The position numbers and the translations under genes are program-made. Positions 15,250 through 25,404 of a DNA stretch of 64,000 nucleotides are shown piece after piece. The notes below the pieces were generated by a model. That model saw nothing but the letters and a program-made list of their open reading frames with translations, did no database searches and had not been told where the DNA came from. Within the stretch, counting starts at the first letter, position 1. Each line of letters begins with the position of its first letter. The DNA comes from Candidatus Flemingiibacterium sp. GTDB taxonomy: Bacteria > Bacillota > Clostridia > Oscillospirales > CAG-272. The stretch is taken from contig JAZNAL010000053.1 in the NCBI GenBank assembly GCA_045586505.1, positions 30,109-94,108 on the forward strand, given 5' to 3'.

Positions 15250-18036
15250 ATGCAAGGTAAGCCGATTCTCATTGATTATTCGGAAAACGATTTGCACAAG
15301 TTAAAAATTGAATACGTTTCCGATGATGCCCTTGATAATGTGCTGAATGGAGAGCACGGCTATCACATTTATCATGTAAGAATGCTCACGGAATTTCTCC
15401 TTCGAGAGTTAAATTCGTACAAGCTCGAGAACACTCTTTCCGAAGAAGATATAGTCGCCATAGCGATGGCATCCGCGCTGCACGATATAGGTAAACTGCA
15501 AGTCCCTCAAAGTATCCTCAATTATCCGGGAACATTGTCTGCAGTTGAATACGATATAATTAAAAAACACTATGTGTTCGGCGAGCAGACAAACCGTGAA
15601 GCTGATTGCGGGGACATCTCTCCCAAAACGGTGGAGTATGCCGCGCAAATTGCCAGATACCACCATGAGCGCATTGACGGCACCGGATATCCCGAGGGAC
15701 TTCGAGGTGACGCCATTCCGCTGTGCGCGCAGGTCGTCGCCCTTGCGGATTCCTACGATGCGCTCACAAGCTCTCGCAGCTATAAGGAGGCATTTTCTCA
15801 GGACGTCGCGCTTCAGATGATTTCAAGCGGAATGTGCGGCGTTTTTGACGCGGGACTCGTTGAATGTCTTATGCGAGTGGTTAATCACCGCACATTGGTC
15901 ACCTTCAGAGAAAATCTACAGAAAAAACGCAGTGTTGTCGGGGAGTACAGCGATATCCGCTTAAAGCGAGTCCTGCTTATCGGAAATACCGAATACCTTA
16001 CCGAGGAGTTTGTTCATACAACCTTCCCGCAAAGTAAGGTCATGGTGGTGGGAAATACAGATCTCGGCGGCTCAGATCGAATAAAGCTCTTCCGCGTGCG
16101 TAAACCGTCTGTCAAGTCTATTCTTGAAACCTACGAATTTGACCTCATCGTCTTCTTCTCGACGGGACTGAAATTCCACTCTACCGATCAAAACGATGCA
16201 GAGGAGCTTCGTGAAGTCCTGCAGTTCTCCGCAGAGATGCAGAAAGGAATCAAAATTCTTTATCTTTCGCCACTCGATTCCTCGTTCAGCGAGCGAACTG
16301 ACAAAGCTATAATGGCATCCGCTAACGAAAAGCTTTGCGAGTTTTACGCAAAGCGCTATTCGCTCGATATTAAAACCGTACAGATTCCGTATCTATACAG
16401 TGCCCTATATAAAGGCGATTTCCTTTACGATGTGTTCGAGCAGGTATATTCGGGCAAAACTGTGTGTATTCCGGAAGCGTCCACTGCAAGGATGCATTTC
16501 CTCTCTCTCTTTGATTTGTCGGATCTGCTTATCCGTATCGTTGATAACTGGAAAGCAGGCAGCGGAGTTCTAAGCGTTGGCGATGAATTTCACCTCACTT
16601 TCGCTGATTTTGCCGAGAGGCTTAAAACAATCGCTCCGGGTGTAACGACGGAATTTACCGAGAGTCATACCGCCGGCATTACCAAAACCACTAACATGGC
16701 TCTGAGAAACGAGTACGGTTGGTTTGCGAAAATATCCGTTCTCGAGGATCTCGAGGATCAGTACGCGCTCTACCTTAACGCAAAAAAGGACGAAACAGAA
16801 ACATTATTTGACGCAATCAGGAGATGGCTTTCAAAGCATTCCTTTGCCATAAAGATCATAGAGCTGTTTCTGCTGTTTTTCCTGTCTGAACTGTTTATAC
16901 ATATAACCGACTCCGCCGTTATCTTTTCCATCGTTGATTTCAGAACGATCTTTATCGTGATCATGGCAACGCTGTATGGCTTGTCCTTCGGTATCGCCGC
17001 ATCGGCACTTGCCAGCGTTTCATATTTCATCGCAAAGGTCATGGCGGGAACAGATCCGTTGACCATATTTTACGAGCCCACAAATTGGCTTGCATTTGTG
17101 TTCTTTTTCCTGGTGGGTGGGCTTTGCGGCTACGTCAATCTGAAAAAAGAGGAGCACGGCAAATACCTCGAGGAGCAGAACAAACTGTTAGAAAACAAGC
17201 TTATCTTCACCGGAGAGATATACGAGGATACCCTTCGTGAGAAAAAGGACCTCAAAAAGCAGATCATCAGCTCAAAGGACAGCTTTGGCAAGATTTTCGA
17301 CATCACTCGAAAGCTAAACACCGTTGCTCCACAGCAGCTCTATCTTCGTACAATAGAAACATTTGAGGAGATACTCGAAAACAAGAGCATCGCGGTGTAT
17401 TCCGTAAACTCAAAGAACGCTTTCGGACGCCTTGAAGTTGCCTCCAGAGATCTTCTTGACATTGCCGCACGCTCCGTTTCTCTGCAGACCTACGCTCCTG
17501 TTGTCGAACAGCTTCGTGAGGGCGGTATATGGAAAAACACCGAGCTTAAAAGCGAATATCCCATGTATGCGGCAGGAGTTTGCCGCGGTGATGAGCTTGT
17601 GCTTATGATATTCCTGTGGCATGCGGATATGGGACAGCGCTCGCTTTACTACGTGAACCTTTTCAAGATTTTGCGTGACCTCGTACAGATGTCTCTTCTT
17701 CGCGCTTACGACTACGGCAATGCACTTATTGAAAAGCAGTATATCTCGGGTACACACATAATGAACGCCGAGAACTTTGAGGAGTGCGTACAGAATTTTG
17801 CCGCACTGGCGGAAAAGAAGGTGTCAACCTTCGTTGTGCTGGAATTTGACCTTAACGGTCACTCCCTGAAAGAAGCAAACGATATGCTTACGGGTAAGAT
17901 AAGGCTTAACGATATTCTTGGAATCACAAACGACGGCAAACTGCGCCTCATTCTCTCTCAGGCAACCGAAAAAGACATCCAGTTTATTTTGCCGCGATTT
18001 GAGGAGCTTGATATTACTGTCACCGTCGTGAAATAA
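15250..18036 (+). CDS. pelD: PelD-like c-di-GMP receptor (degenerate SDR, 4 TM helices, GAF, degenerate GGDEF with I-site) fused to an N-terminal HD-GYP phosphodiesterase domain
   Basis: The track start 15241 abuts the RBS, while ATG 15250 has 9-nt spacing from AAGGAG. HD-GYP motifs are intact: HDIGK (15481), KKH, HHERIDGTGYPEGL (15685) and ADSYDAL. The SDR-like region lacks the Gly motif (VLLIGNTEYL). TM block around aa 540-640. The C-terminal domain has RLND (17902) five residues before NDGKL, which occupies the GGDEF position. Confidence 0.85.
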   Translation: MQGKPILIDYSENDLHKLKIEYVSDDALDNVLNGEHGYHIYHVRMLTEFLLRELNSYKLENTLSEEDIVAIAMASALHDIGKLQVPQSILNYPGTLSAVEYDIIKKHYVFGEQTNREADCGDISPKTVEYAAQIARYHHERIDGTGYPEGLRGDAIPLCAQVVALADSYDALTSSRSYKEAFSQDVALQMISSGMCGVFDAGLVECLMRVVNHRTLVTFRENLQKKRSVVGEYSDIRLKRVLLIGNTEYLTEEFVHTTFPQSKVMVVGNTDLGGSDRIKLFRVRKPSVKSILETYEFDLIVFFSTGLKFHSTDQNDAEELREVLQFSAEMQKGIKILYLSPLDSSFSERTDKAIMASANEKLCEFYAKRYSLDIKTVQIPYLYSALYKGDFLYDVFEQVYSGKTVCIPEASTARMHFLSLFDLSDLLIRIVDNWKAGSGVLSVGDEFHLTFADFAERLKTIAPGVTTEFTESHTAGITKTTNMALRNEYGWFAKISVLEDLEDQYALYLNAKKDETETLFDAIRRWLSKHSFAIKIIELFLLFFLSELFIHITDSAVIFSIVDFRTIFIVIMATLYGLSFGIAASALASVSYFIAKVMAGTDPLTIFYEPTNWLAFVFFFLVGGLCGYVNLKKEEHGKYLEEQNKLLENKLIFTGEIYEDTLREKKDLKKQIISSKDSFGKIFDITRKLNTVAPQQLYLRTIETFEEILENKSIAVYSVNSKNAFGRLEVASRDLLDIAARSVSLQTYAPVVEQLREGGIWKNTELKSEYPMYAAGVCRGDELVLMIFLWHADMGQRSLYYVNLFKILRDLVQMSLLRAYDYGNALIEKQYISGTHIMNAENFEECVQNFAALAEKKVSTFVVLEFDLNGHSLKEANDMLTGKIRLNDILGITNDGKLRLILSQATEKDIQFILPRFEELDITVTVVK

Positions 18037-18048
18037 GAAAGGCGATAT

Positions 18049-18927
18049 ATGCTTTATATCATAGCTGCAGCCATGCATCTTCTTGTATGCCTGCTTGTGT
18101 TTATCGGAATTAAAACCGGATTGCTTTCGGTACATAAATATATGTTTTTCGTGGCGCTGTTGCTTCCGCTTTGGGGAGTGCTGATCGTGCTCATCCTGCA
18201 TTTTCAGATAGCATTTGATGCCACCGATTCTGCTGAGATCGGAGTCGAAAAATTAAAGCTCGAATCCGAGCTTTACAAAAGTGTTACCGTAGACGAAAAG
18301 AAAGCTGACACAGCGGTTCCCATCGAAGAGGCTCTGCTTATCAACTCGGCGAGAGAACGCCGCTCAATCATAATGGATGTTCTTAACGATAACCCCGGCG
18401 ACTACGTGGAATTCCTGCAAAAAGCAGGAAACAATGACGATACCGAGGTTGTACACTACGCCGTAACCGCAATGGTGGAGATATCCAAGGAAAACGACTA
18501 TATGCTTCAAAAGCTGGATGCGGAGCACGCCGCCAATCCGGACGATATAGGTATTCTTTCAAACTACATAGATTTTTTATGGAGTTGCCTCACTCAGAAC
18601 CTTATGCAAGGTCAGGTGGAGGTTATGAACCGCGAGCTTTTCGCACAGCTCATGAACAAAAAAATAGCCGCAGACGGGAATATCAACGATTACTCACGCC
18701 TTGCTGAAAATGAGCTGAAGCGCAAAAACTACGATACCGCAGGGGAAGTTATAGATAGAATTGGCGAAAAATGGCCGGATGCGGAGGAATATATCCTGCT
18801 TAGGATACAGTATCTCGCATCCCTTGGCAGAGGACATGAGATACAGGACTTCGTCAAAGAAACCGAAAACAGTCACACTTATATGTCATCAAAAACGAAG
18901 GAGGCGCTTGCGTTTTGGGCGAGCTGA
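18049..18927 (+). CDS. pelE: PelE-like protein (two N-terminal TM helices and a helical-repeat domain)
   Basis: Called from its position between pelD and pelA. N-terminal hydrophobic helices (MHLLVCLLVFIGIKTGLL, FFVALLLPLWGVLIVLILHF) are followed by an alpha-helical TPR-like region. There is no diagnostic motif, so the call is mainly by synteny. Confidence 0.6.
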   Translation: MLYIIAAAMHLLVCLLVFIGIKTGLLSVHKYMFFVALLLPLWGVLIVLILHFQIAFDATDSAEIGVEKLKLESELYKSVTVDEKKADTAVPIEEALLINSARERRSIIMDVLNDNPGDYVEFLQKAGNNDDTEVVHYAVTAMVEISKENDYMLQKLDAEHAANPDDIGILSNYIDFLWSCLTQNLMQGQVEVMNRELFAQLMNKKIAADGNINDYSRLAENELKRKNYDTAGEVIDRIGEKWPDAEEYILLRIQYLASLGRGHEIQDFVKETENSHTYMSSKTKEALAFWAS

Positions 18928-20771
18928 TAAACGGCATTCGCAGATTCAGCTTTAGGGGAATACTCGTTATCCTACTGGTGTTTTCGCTCATTTCGGCGGT
19001 TCTCCTCGTGGAGCTGAGCGGAATACGGGCAAACCGTTATGACAGAAAACTTGAACTAATGCCGCAGGATAAGATAGTCACAAAGGATGTTGCCTGTGAC
19101 TCTTTAGATAAAAACGCACTTTTATTGCACCATAGCGGCGATGAATCCTCGTGCACAGCGTATGAGCAGTTTACTGTAATCCTTGCCGACATGAAGGTCG
19201 GGTATGCTTCGGTAGACCTTGCACAGGATATACTGCCACCCTTTGACGGATTTGCGCAGGTCATCGTACTTTTGTCCGATCTTACTCCTCTTGGACAGTC
19301 GGTTGCCGATCTTTGCGACTTTGTACATGACGGTGGTGCCGCATGGTTTCCGCTGGTGCTTGAAACCAACGTATATTCCTCCGCGATCTCACAGATAATC
19401 GGAATTGACGATCTTTCGCCCGACTACTATACGGTAGAGAGCATTTATCCCGGAGAGGAGTTTATGATAGGCGGAGGACGTGCGTTTGCCGTTCCCGATC
19501 CCTTTGAATCCTCGCTTACTGTTGTACTCTCGGATGATGCAAAGGTGTATGCCAGCGCAGATGGCCCCGACGGTGTGCCGCTTGTTTGGAAAAAAGAGTA
19601 CGGAAGCGGTGTTTTTGTAGTGGACAATATCGGTATTTACGACAAAGCGATGCGCGGATTTTATGCGGCATCTTATAGCTTGCTTTCGGATGTGTGCGTG
19701 TATCCTGTTATCAACTCGTCCACGTTTTATCTTGACGACTTTCCCTCGCAGATACCGAGCGGCAACAGTGAATACATACAGCGCGACTATCACACGACCA
19801 TCCGTGATTTCTACATAAACATCTGGTGGCCGGACATGATGAATTTCGCCGACGAATACGGCTTAAAATATACCGGACTTGCCATCGAATCCTATGACAA
19901 TAACGTTGACGGAACAGCAGATGCTGCACCCGACACGGGTACATTCCTTAATTTTGGAAATATGCTCCTGCGAAAAGGCGGCGAGCTTGGATACCACGGT
20001 TATAACCATCAGCCGCTCGTTTTGTCGAACAGAGATTACAAGGATCATTACGACTACAAAACCTGGCAGTCTGAGTCCGCAATGAAGGCGGCGTTTGACG
20101 AGCTTATCGAGCTTTGCGACACACTTTTCCCCGATGCTGAGTTTTCGCTGTACGTTCCGCCCTCAAACCTTTTGTCAGACGAGGGCAGACAGTTTTTGAT
20201 AAAGGAATATCCGCACATAAAAACCATTTCCGGAATTTATTTTGAGGATATTGCTGATGCGGAGCTTGATTTTGGATGTATGCAGGAGTTTTCGGTGGAT
20301 GAAAACGGCATCGTCGATCAGCCGCGCGTTATATCCGGTTTTATTTTGGATGACTTCCAAAATTTAGCCGCTGTATCTGAGCTGAATCTGCATTTTATAA
20401 ACAGCCATTTTACCCACCCCGATGATGCGCTTGACCCCGAGCGTGGTGCGGAGCTTGGCTGGGGTGAGATGAAGCGACGTTTTGATGTTTTTCTGTCGTG
20501 GCTCTATGAATCAGCGCCGGGGCTTCGTAATCTTACCGGCACCGAGGCGTCTGCTGCTGTACAGCGATATGCGGCAGTGGCGCCGAAAACAGAGTATACC
20601 GATAGCGGCGTGAAAATAACTATTGGCAATTTCTGCGACGAGGCACAGTTTCTCGTCCGATTTAACGAAAAATCACCGGAAAGTGTTACCGGTGGTGAAC
20701 TCACCCATCTGACGGGTGGTCTTTATCTGCTTCGTGCAACAGCGGATACCGTTGACATTACACTTAAATAG
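18915..20771 (+). CDS. pelA: PelA-like polysaccharide deacetylase of the Gram-positive type (DUF2194-like)
   Basis: TTG start 10 nt after AAGGAGG, with a 13-nt overlap with pelE. N-terminal TM anchor. GGELGYHGYNHQPL deacetylase-type His motif. Position matches the pelDEA(DA)FG order. Confidence 0.75.
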   Translation: MGELINGIRRFSFRGILVILLVFSLISAVLLVELSGIRANRYDRKLELMPQDKIVTKDVACDSLDKNALLLHHSGDESSCTAYEQFTVILADMKVGYASVDLAQDILPPFDGFAQVIVLLSDLTPLGQSVADLCDFVHDGGAAWFPLVLETNVYSSAISQIIGIDDLSPDYYTVESIYPGEEFMIGGGRAFAVPDPFESSLTVVLSDDAKVYASADGPDGVPLVWKKEYGSGVFVVDNIGIYDKAMRGFYAASYSLLSDVCVYPVINSSTFYLDDFPSQIPSGNSEYIQRDYHTTIRDFYINIWWPDMMNFADEYGLKYTGLAIESYDNNVDGTADAAPDTGTFLNFGNMLLRKGGELGYHGYNHQPLVLSNRDYKDHYDYKTWQSESAMKAAFDELIELCDTLFPDAEFSLYVPPSNLLSDEGRQFLIKEYPHIKTISGIYFEDIADAELDFGCMQEFSVDENGIVDQPRVISGFILDDFQNLAAVSELNLHFINSHFTHPDDALDPERGAELGWGEMKRRFDVFLSWLYESAPGLRNLTGTEASAAVQRYAAVAPKTEYTDSGVKITIGNFCDEAQFLVRFNEKSPESVTGGELTHLTGGLYLLRATADTVDITLK

Positions 20772-20780
20772 GAGTAAGCT

Positions 20781-22211
20781 GTGAGGATCTGTTTGGTTTT
20801 GGAAGGATGCTATCCGTTTATCAACGGCGGCGTTTCCACTTGGATGCATCAATACATAAACGAAATGCCCGAGCATGAGTTTGTGCTGTGGGTTATCGGC
20901 GCGAAAGCCGAGGATAGGGACAAGTTTGTCTACACCTTGCCCGATAATGTAGTAGAGGTTGAGCAAGTGTTTCTCGATGATGCTCTGCGTGTTAAAGATA
21001 CGGGCATATTCAATCATCGCTTCACAGACGATGAAAAGGAAGCACTCAGACGTCTTGTATCTTCCGATAAACCAAACTGGGATTTGCTTTTTGAGATGTA
21101 TCAGGTACGACGTATCAATCCTATGTCCTATCTGAAAAGCGAAAGCTTTCTTGAAACGCTCACCGAGACCTGCCGTCGTGAGTTTCCGTTTACTGCGTTT
21201 TCCGATACATTTCATTCGGTGCGCTCACGCCTTTTGCCCGTGCTTTACCTGATGGGTTCAAGGATCCCGCAGGCGGACTGTTATCACGCCATCTGCACGG
21301 GATACGGAGGACTTCTCGCTTCAATGGCGGCTTATATAACCAAAAAGCCCATGCTCCTTACCGAGCACGGTATCTACACAAGAGAACGCGAAGAGGAGAT
21401 CATCCGCGCAAAATGGGTAGCGAGAGCTTTTAAGCCTCACTGGATAGATTTCTTTTATATGCTCTCCGATCTTACATACGAGCGCGCGTTTCGCGTAACA
21501 TCTCTTTTCACCCGTGCCATGCATACCCAGATCGATATGGGATGCGATGCCACAAAATGCAGGGTTATCGAAAACGGCATCAGCTATGAGCGGCTTTGTG
21601 ATATTCCTCTTAAAGAGGACGACGGCATGGTGGATATCGGTGCGGTCGTGCGTCTTGCGCCTATCAAGGATATCAAAACTATGATATATGCCTTTTTCGA
21701 GCTTTGCGCCAGACGTGACAACGTGCGCCTTCATATTATGGGAGGCGTTGACGATCAGGAATACGCTGACGAATGCTATGCGCTCGTAAAACAGCTCGGA
21801 CTTGAGGATAAGATCATTTTCACGGGACGAGTTAACATCATCGAATATTTTGAAAAGCTGGATTTCACTTTGCTTACAAGCATTTCCGAGGGACAGCCGC
21901 TGTCCGTGCTTGAATCCTTTGCCGCAAGACGTCCTGCGGTAACAACGGATGTCGGCTGCTGCAGCGAGCTTCTTAACGGAGGGCCCGGGGACACGCTGGG
22001 CAAGGCGGGATATTTCGCTCCTCCTATGCAGCGTTCAAAGCTTGCTGACGCCATGGAGCCGCTTTGTGAATCAAGAGAGCTTCGTCTTAAGATGGGCGAG
22101 ATTGGTCAGAAGCGCGTATACGAAAATTTCAGATACATTATTATGCTCACGAAATACCGTGATCTTTACAAAGAGGTGGAAAAGGAATGGCCGGAATTGG
22201 CTTCGAACTAA
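20781..22211 (+). CDS. pelF: PelF-like GT4 glycosyltransferase
   Basis: GTG start after AGGAG. N-terminus RICLVLEGCYPFINGGVSTW is the PelF/DUF3492 signature. The C-terminal GT1/GT4 fold has SISEGQPLSVLESFAARRP. Confidence 0.9.
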   Translation: MRICLVLEGCYPFINGGVSTWMHQYINEMPEHEFVLWVIGAKAEDRDKFVYTLPDNVVEVEQVFLDDALRVKDTGIFNHRFTDDEKEALRRLVSSDKPNWDLLFEMYQVRRINPMSYLKSESFLETLTETCRREFPFTAFSDTFHSVRSRLLPVLYLMGSRIPQADCYHAICTGYGGLLASMAAYITKKPMLLTEHGIYTREREEEIIRAKWVARAFKPHWIDFFYMLSDLTYERAFRVTSLFTRAMHTQIDMGCDATKCRVIENGISYERLCDIPLKEDDGMVDIGAVVRLAPIKDIKTMIYAFFELCARRDNVRLHIMGGVDDQEYADECYALVKQLGLEDKIIFTGRVNIIEYFEKLDFTLLTSISEGQPLSVLESFAARRPAVTTDVGCCSELLNGGPGDTLGKAGYFAPPMQRSKLADAMEPLCESRELRLKMGEIGQKRVYENFRYIIMLTKYRDLYKEVEKEWPELASN

Positions 22212-23644
22212 AAAAGCTTTTTGCAAAAAAAGGCGTGCTGAATTCCGCCAAAGCATACGGCTACGCGGCGGTAATATGCACAGGACCTATGCTTCTCGGC
22301 GTTTTATTGCTGCTTGGTATAATGGCGCTCTGCACCTTTTTCGAAGTTGGACTACCCACCAGGGAACTGCTTATATGTATGATCACCTACACTCTCCTCG
22401 CGTCGGTCACGGTATCTTCCTTCTTTTCGATGGTGGTAACAAGATACGTGGCGGATATGCTCTTTGAAGAAAAAAATCAAGCGGTTCTGCCCGCATTTTG
22501 GGGTTCTACCGTTATTATGTTGGGAATCGGCGGTATTCTGTACGGTGTTTTTCTCGTTTTTTCAGGAGCAACGCTTCTTCAGGGAATACTTTGCTTCACA
22601 CTTTTTGGTGAGCTTATTATCGTATGGAACGCCATGAGCTTTCTGTCGGCGATCAAGGACTATAAGGGAATATTCCTATCATTTCTTGCGTCTGTTGCGG
22701 TAAGCATACTCCTGGGTGCATTTCTCTTGTGGCTGAAGCTTCCCATTATCGAATCGCTTCTGTTCTCGGTGAGTGTCGGATACGGAGTTATGCTTATATG
22801 GGACGTTATTCTGCTTCACCGCTATTTTCCCCATACAACGCTCGGGGCTTTCACCTTCCTTAAATGGATAGATGCCTTTCTGCCGCTTGCCCTCTCGGGA
22901 TTTTTTATGAACATCGGTATGTTTTCGCATCTTGTGATAATGTGGTTTTCAGATATCGGAGTCAGGGTACACGGCTTATTTTACGGTGCGCCGTGGTACG
23001 ACGTTCCCGCACTGCTTGCGTTCATGACCGCACTTATGACTACCGTCAATTTCGTAGTGTCGGTTGAAGTAAACTTTTACCCCAAATACCGCAATCATTA
23101 CAGCCTTTATAACGACAAGGGCACCATCGACAACATAAAGCAAGCCGAAAAGGAAATGATCGGCACGTTGAAAACCGAGCTGTTCTATACGGCACTCAAG
23201 CAGCTTTTGTTCACCGCAGCCGTTATTGCACTGGGCGGATATCTTCTAGATCTGCTTCCGCTGGGATTTAACGAGGTCATGCGTGGATATTTCCGTACCC
23301 TTTGTGTGGGATACGGCGTTTATGCCATCGGAAATATGCTTATGCTTATATTACTCTATTTTACGGATTATAAGGGCGCACTTATCACAACAGCAGTCTT
23401 TGCCGCGGCGACAGTTGGTTTTTCGGTGTTATCGCTGTTATTTTCGAATATCTACTACGGCTTCGGCTTTTTGATCGCTGCTATGATATTTGCCGCCGTA
23501 TGCGCCGTAAGGCTTGATTATTTTACAAAACGGCTTCCGTACTATATTCTGTCGGTTCAGCCCCTTGTATCAGAGGACCGGTCCGGAATGTTTACAAGAC
23601 TCGGAGTATTTCTTAGTGATAAGCTGGAGGAAACAAAAAAATGA
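22187..23644 (+). CDS. pelG: PelG-like polytopic exopolysaccharide export protein
   Basis: N-terminus MAGIGFELKKLFAKKGVLNSAKAYGYAAVICTGPM is the PelG signature. About 12 TM helices. 25-nt overlap with pelF. Confidence 0.9.
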   Translation: MAGIGFELKKLFAKKGVLNSAKAYGYAAVICTGPMLLGVLLLLGIMALCTFFEVGLPTRELLICMITYTLLASVTVSSFFSMVVTRYVADMLFEEKNQAVLPAFWGSTVIMLGIGGILYGVFLVFSGATLLQGILCFTLFGELIIVWNAMSFLSAIKDYKGIFLSFLASVAVSILLGAFLLWLKLPIIESLLFSVSVGYGVMLIWDVILLHRYFPHTTLGAFTFLKWIDAFLPLALSGFFMNIGMFSHLVIMWFSDIGVRVHGLFYGAPWYDVPALLAFMTALMTTVNFVVSVEVNFYPKYRNHYSLYNDKGTIDNIKQAEKEMIGTLKTELFYTALKQLLFTAAVIALGGYLLDLLPLGFNEVMRGYFRTLCVGYGVYAIGNMLMLILLYFTDYKGALITTAVFAAATVGFSVLSLLFSNIYYGFGFLIAAMIFAAVCAVRLDYFTKRLPYYILSVQPLVSEDRSGMFTRLGVFLSDKLEETKK

Positions 23645-25404
23645 GAAAAAAGATTTTATCCGCCGCATGCCTGCTTTTGACAGCTATCATGTGTATACCC
23701 GGATGCGATGACACATTTGATTCAGCTGTGAACTCAAACCTCGGCACGACTATTGATAAATCCGAAATACAGACAGAAGAAAACATTCACATACGTGATA
23801 AAGATCTCTTGTATGAACAGCAGAATAATACCGAAATCGTAACGATGTATCTCACTGTTTCCGTGGGCAATTCCGCCGAGAATACCGATCACACATGGGA
23901 GGAAATAAACACCTATTCGGCTTACGATTATGAAGAAATGGGTGTAGAGCGGTATAAAATCGCCGGACTTATTCAGGTAGGCGACGAAAACGGACTGATC
24001 CCAGGTGAGCTTGGCTACGGTCAGGTCGCACCCAACTGCACGGTGCAGATACGCGGTCAGTCTTCCAGCCGAAACGTGCAGAAAAACTATAAAATCAGCA
24101 TCAAAGACAACAAGGGTGACTGGCGTGGGCAGCAGACAATAGCACTCAACAAGCATCAAGGCGACGGTCTTCGCTTTCGCAACAAGCTCGGATTTGATCT
24201 TCTCACGGACATCGACCAGCTGATGAGTCTTCGCACAACCTTTGTACGCCTTTATGTGAAGGATCTGACCTCGGGAGCCGACGCGAAATTCGAGGATTAC
24301 GGAATCTATACGCAGGTTGAACAGCTTAACAAGACTGCTCTCGAGCGTCACGGACTTGACAAGAAAGGGCATCTTTACAAGATCAACTTCTGCGAGTTTT
24401 ACCGTTATGAGGACACGATAGTTGCAAAGGACGATCCAAGATACGATACCACAAAGTTTGAAGAGATACTCGAGATCAAGGGCGATGACGATCACACGAA
24501 GCTTATACGTTTGCTTGATCGCATCAACGACTATTCAATCCCCATAGAAACCATACTTGAAGAGGATTTTGACATCGAAAACGTGGCATATTGGATGGCA
24601 TTTCAGCTGCTCGTCGGAAATGTTGACACCCAGAGCCGAAACTTCTATATGTACAGCGCACAGAACGATAACCGTTGGTACATACTCTCCTGGGACCTTG
24701 ACGGCTCCTTCAAACGGACGGAATACGAGCTTCTCGGACGAAACGACTACAGCGAGTGGGAATCCGGAGTTAGTAACTATTGGGGCAATGTCTTATTCCA
24801 AAGATGCCTGAAATCGGAAACGTTCCGTGGTGTGCTCACTGCAGCAGTGGATGATATTTATGCCAAGCTCTGTGACGGACGTGTGGAGGAATATGCAAAA
24901 GCTTATGCCGATCTTCTGAAGCCGCTGGTTTTCACCGGACGTGATGCTCGCTATATGCCGGTTACAGCCCCGCAGTATGATATTATCGCATCCGCACTCG
25001 TTGATGAAATTAAGGATAACTACCAAAGACTCAAGGATTCATTTGGCAAGCCTATGCCGTTCTACATAGGTGTTCCGGAAAACAGCGCTCAAAAGCTGAG
25101 TGTAATATGGGAAGCGTCGTACACCTTCGATGCCGAGGCTATCTCATACAGCTTTGAGCTTGCGCGTGACTACACCTTTGAAAATCCCATAGTAAAGCTT
25201 GATAACCTCACAATCCCTATGGCGGAGTTTGACGGTCTGTCAGAGGGACAGTATTTCATTCGCGTAAAAGCCTATGACGCCGGCGGTCAGTCACAGACGG
25301 CGTTTGATTCCTATATAACCGACAGCGGTAAGGTATACGGCACAAAATGCTTCTATGTTGACGCACGCGGCAATGTCGTGGAGGATGTTTATGTCGAAGA
25401 CTGA
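23641..25404 (+). CDS. CotH-family atypical kinase, predicted lipoprotein, with a C-terminal Fn3-like domain
   Basis: ATGA overlap with the pelG stop. Lipobox MCIPGC. CotH-type motifs NKLGFDLL, GHLYK and SRNFYMYSAQNDNRWYILSWDLDGSF. Confidence 0.85.
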   Translation: MRKKILSAACLLLTAIMCIPGCDDTFDSAVNSNLGTTIDKSEIQTEENIHIRDKDLLYEQQNNTEIVTMYLTVSVGNSAENTDHTWEEINTYSAYDYEEMGVERYKIAGLIQVGDENGLIPGELGYGQVAPNCTVQIRGQSSSRNVQKNYKISIKDNKGDWRGQQTIALNKHQGDGLRFRNKLGFDLLTDIDQLMSLRTTFVRLYVKDLTSGADAKFEDYGIYTQVEQLNKTALERHGLDKKGHLYKINFCEFYRYEDTIVAKDDPRYDTTKFEEILEIKGDDDHTKLIRLLDRINDYSIPIETILEEDFDIENVAYWMAFQLLVGNVDTQSRNFYMYSAQNDNRWYILSWDLDGSFKRTEYELLGRNDYSEWESGVSNYWGNVLFQRCLKSETFRGVLTAAVDDIYAKLCDGRVEEYAKAYADLLKPLVFTGRDARYMPVTAPQYDIIASALVDEIKDNYQRLKDSFGKPMPFYIGVPENSAQKLSVIWEASYTFDAEAISYSFELARDYTFENPIVKLDNLTIPMAEFDGLSEGQYFIRVKAYDAGGQSQTAFDSYITDSGKVYGTKCFYVDARGNVVEDVYVED

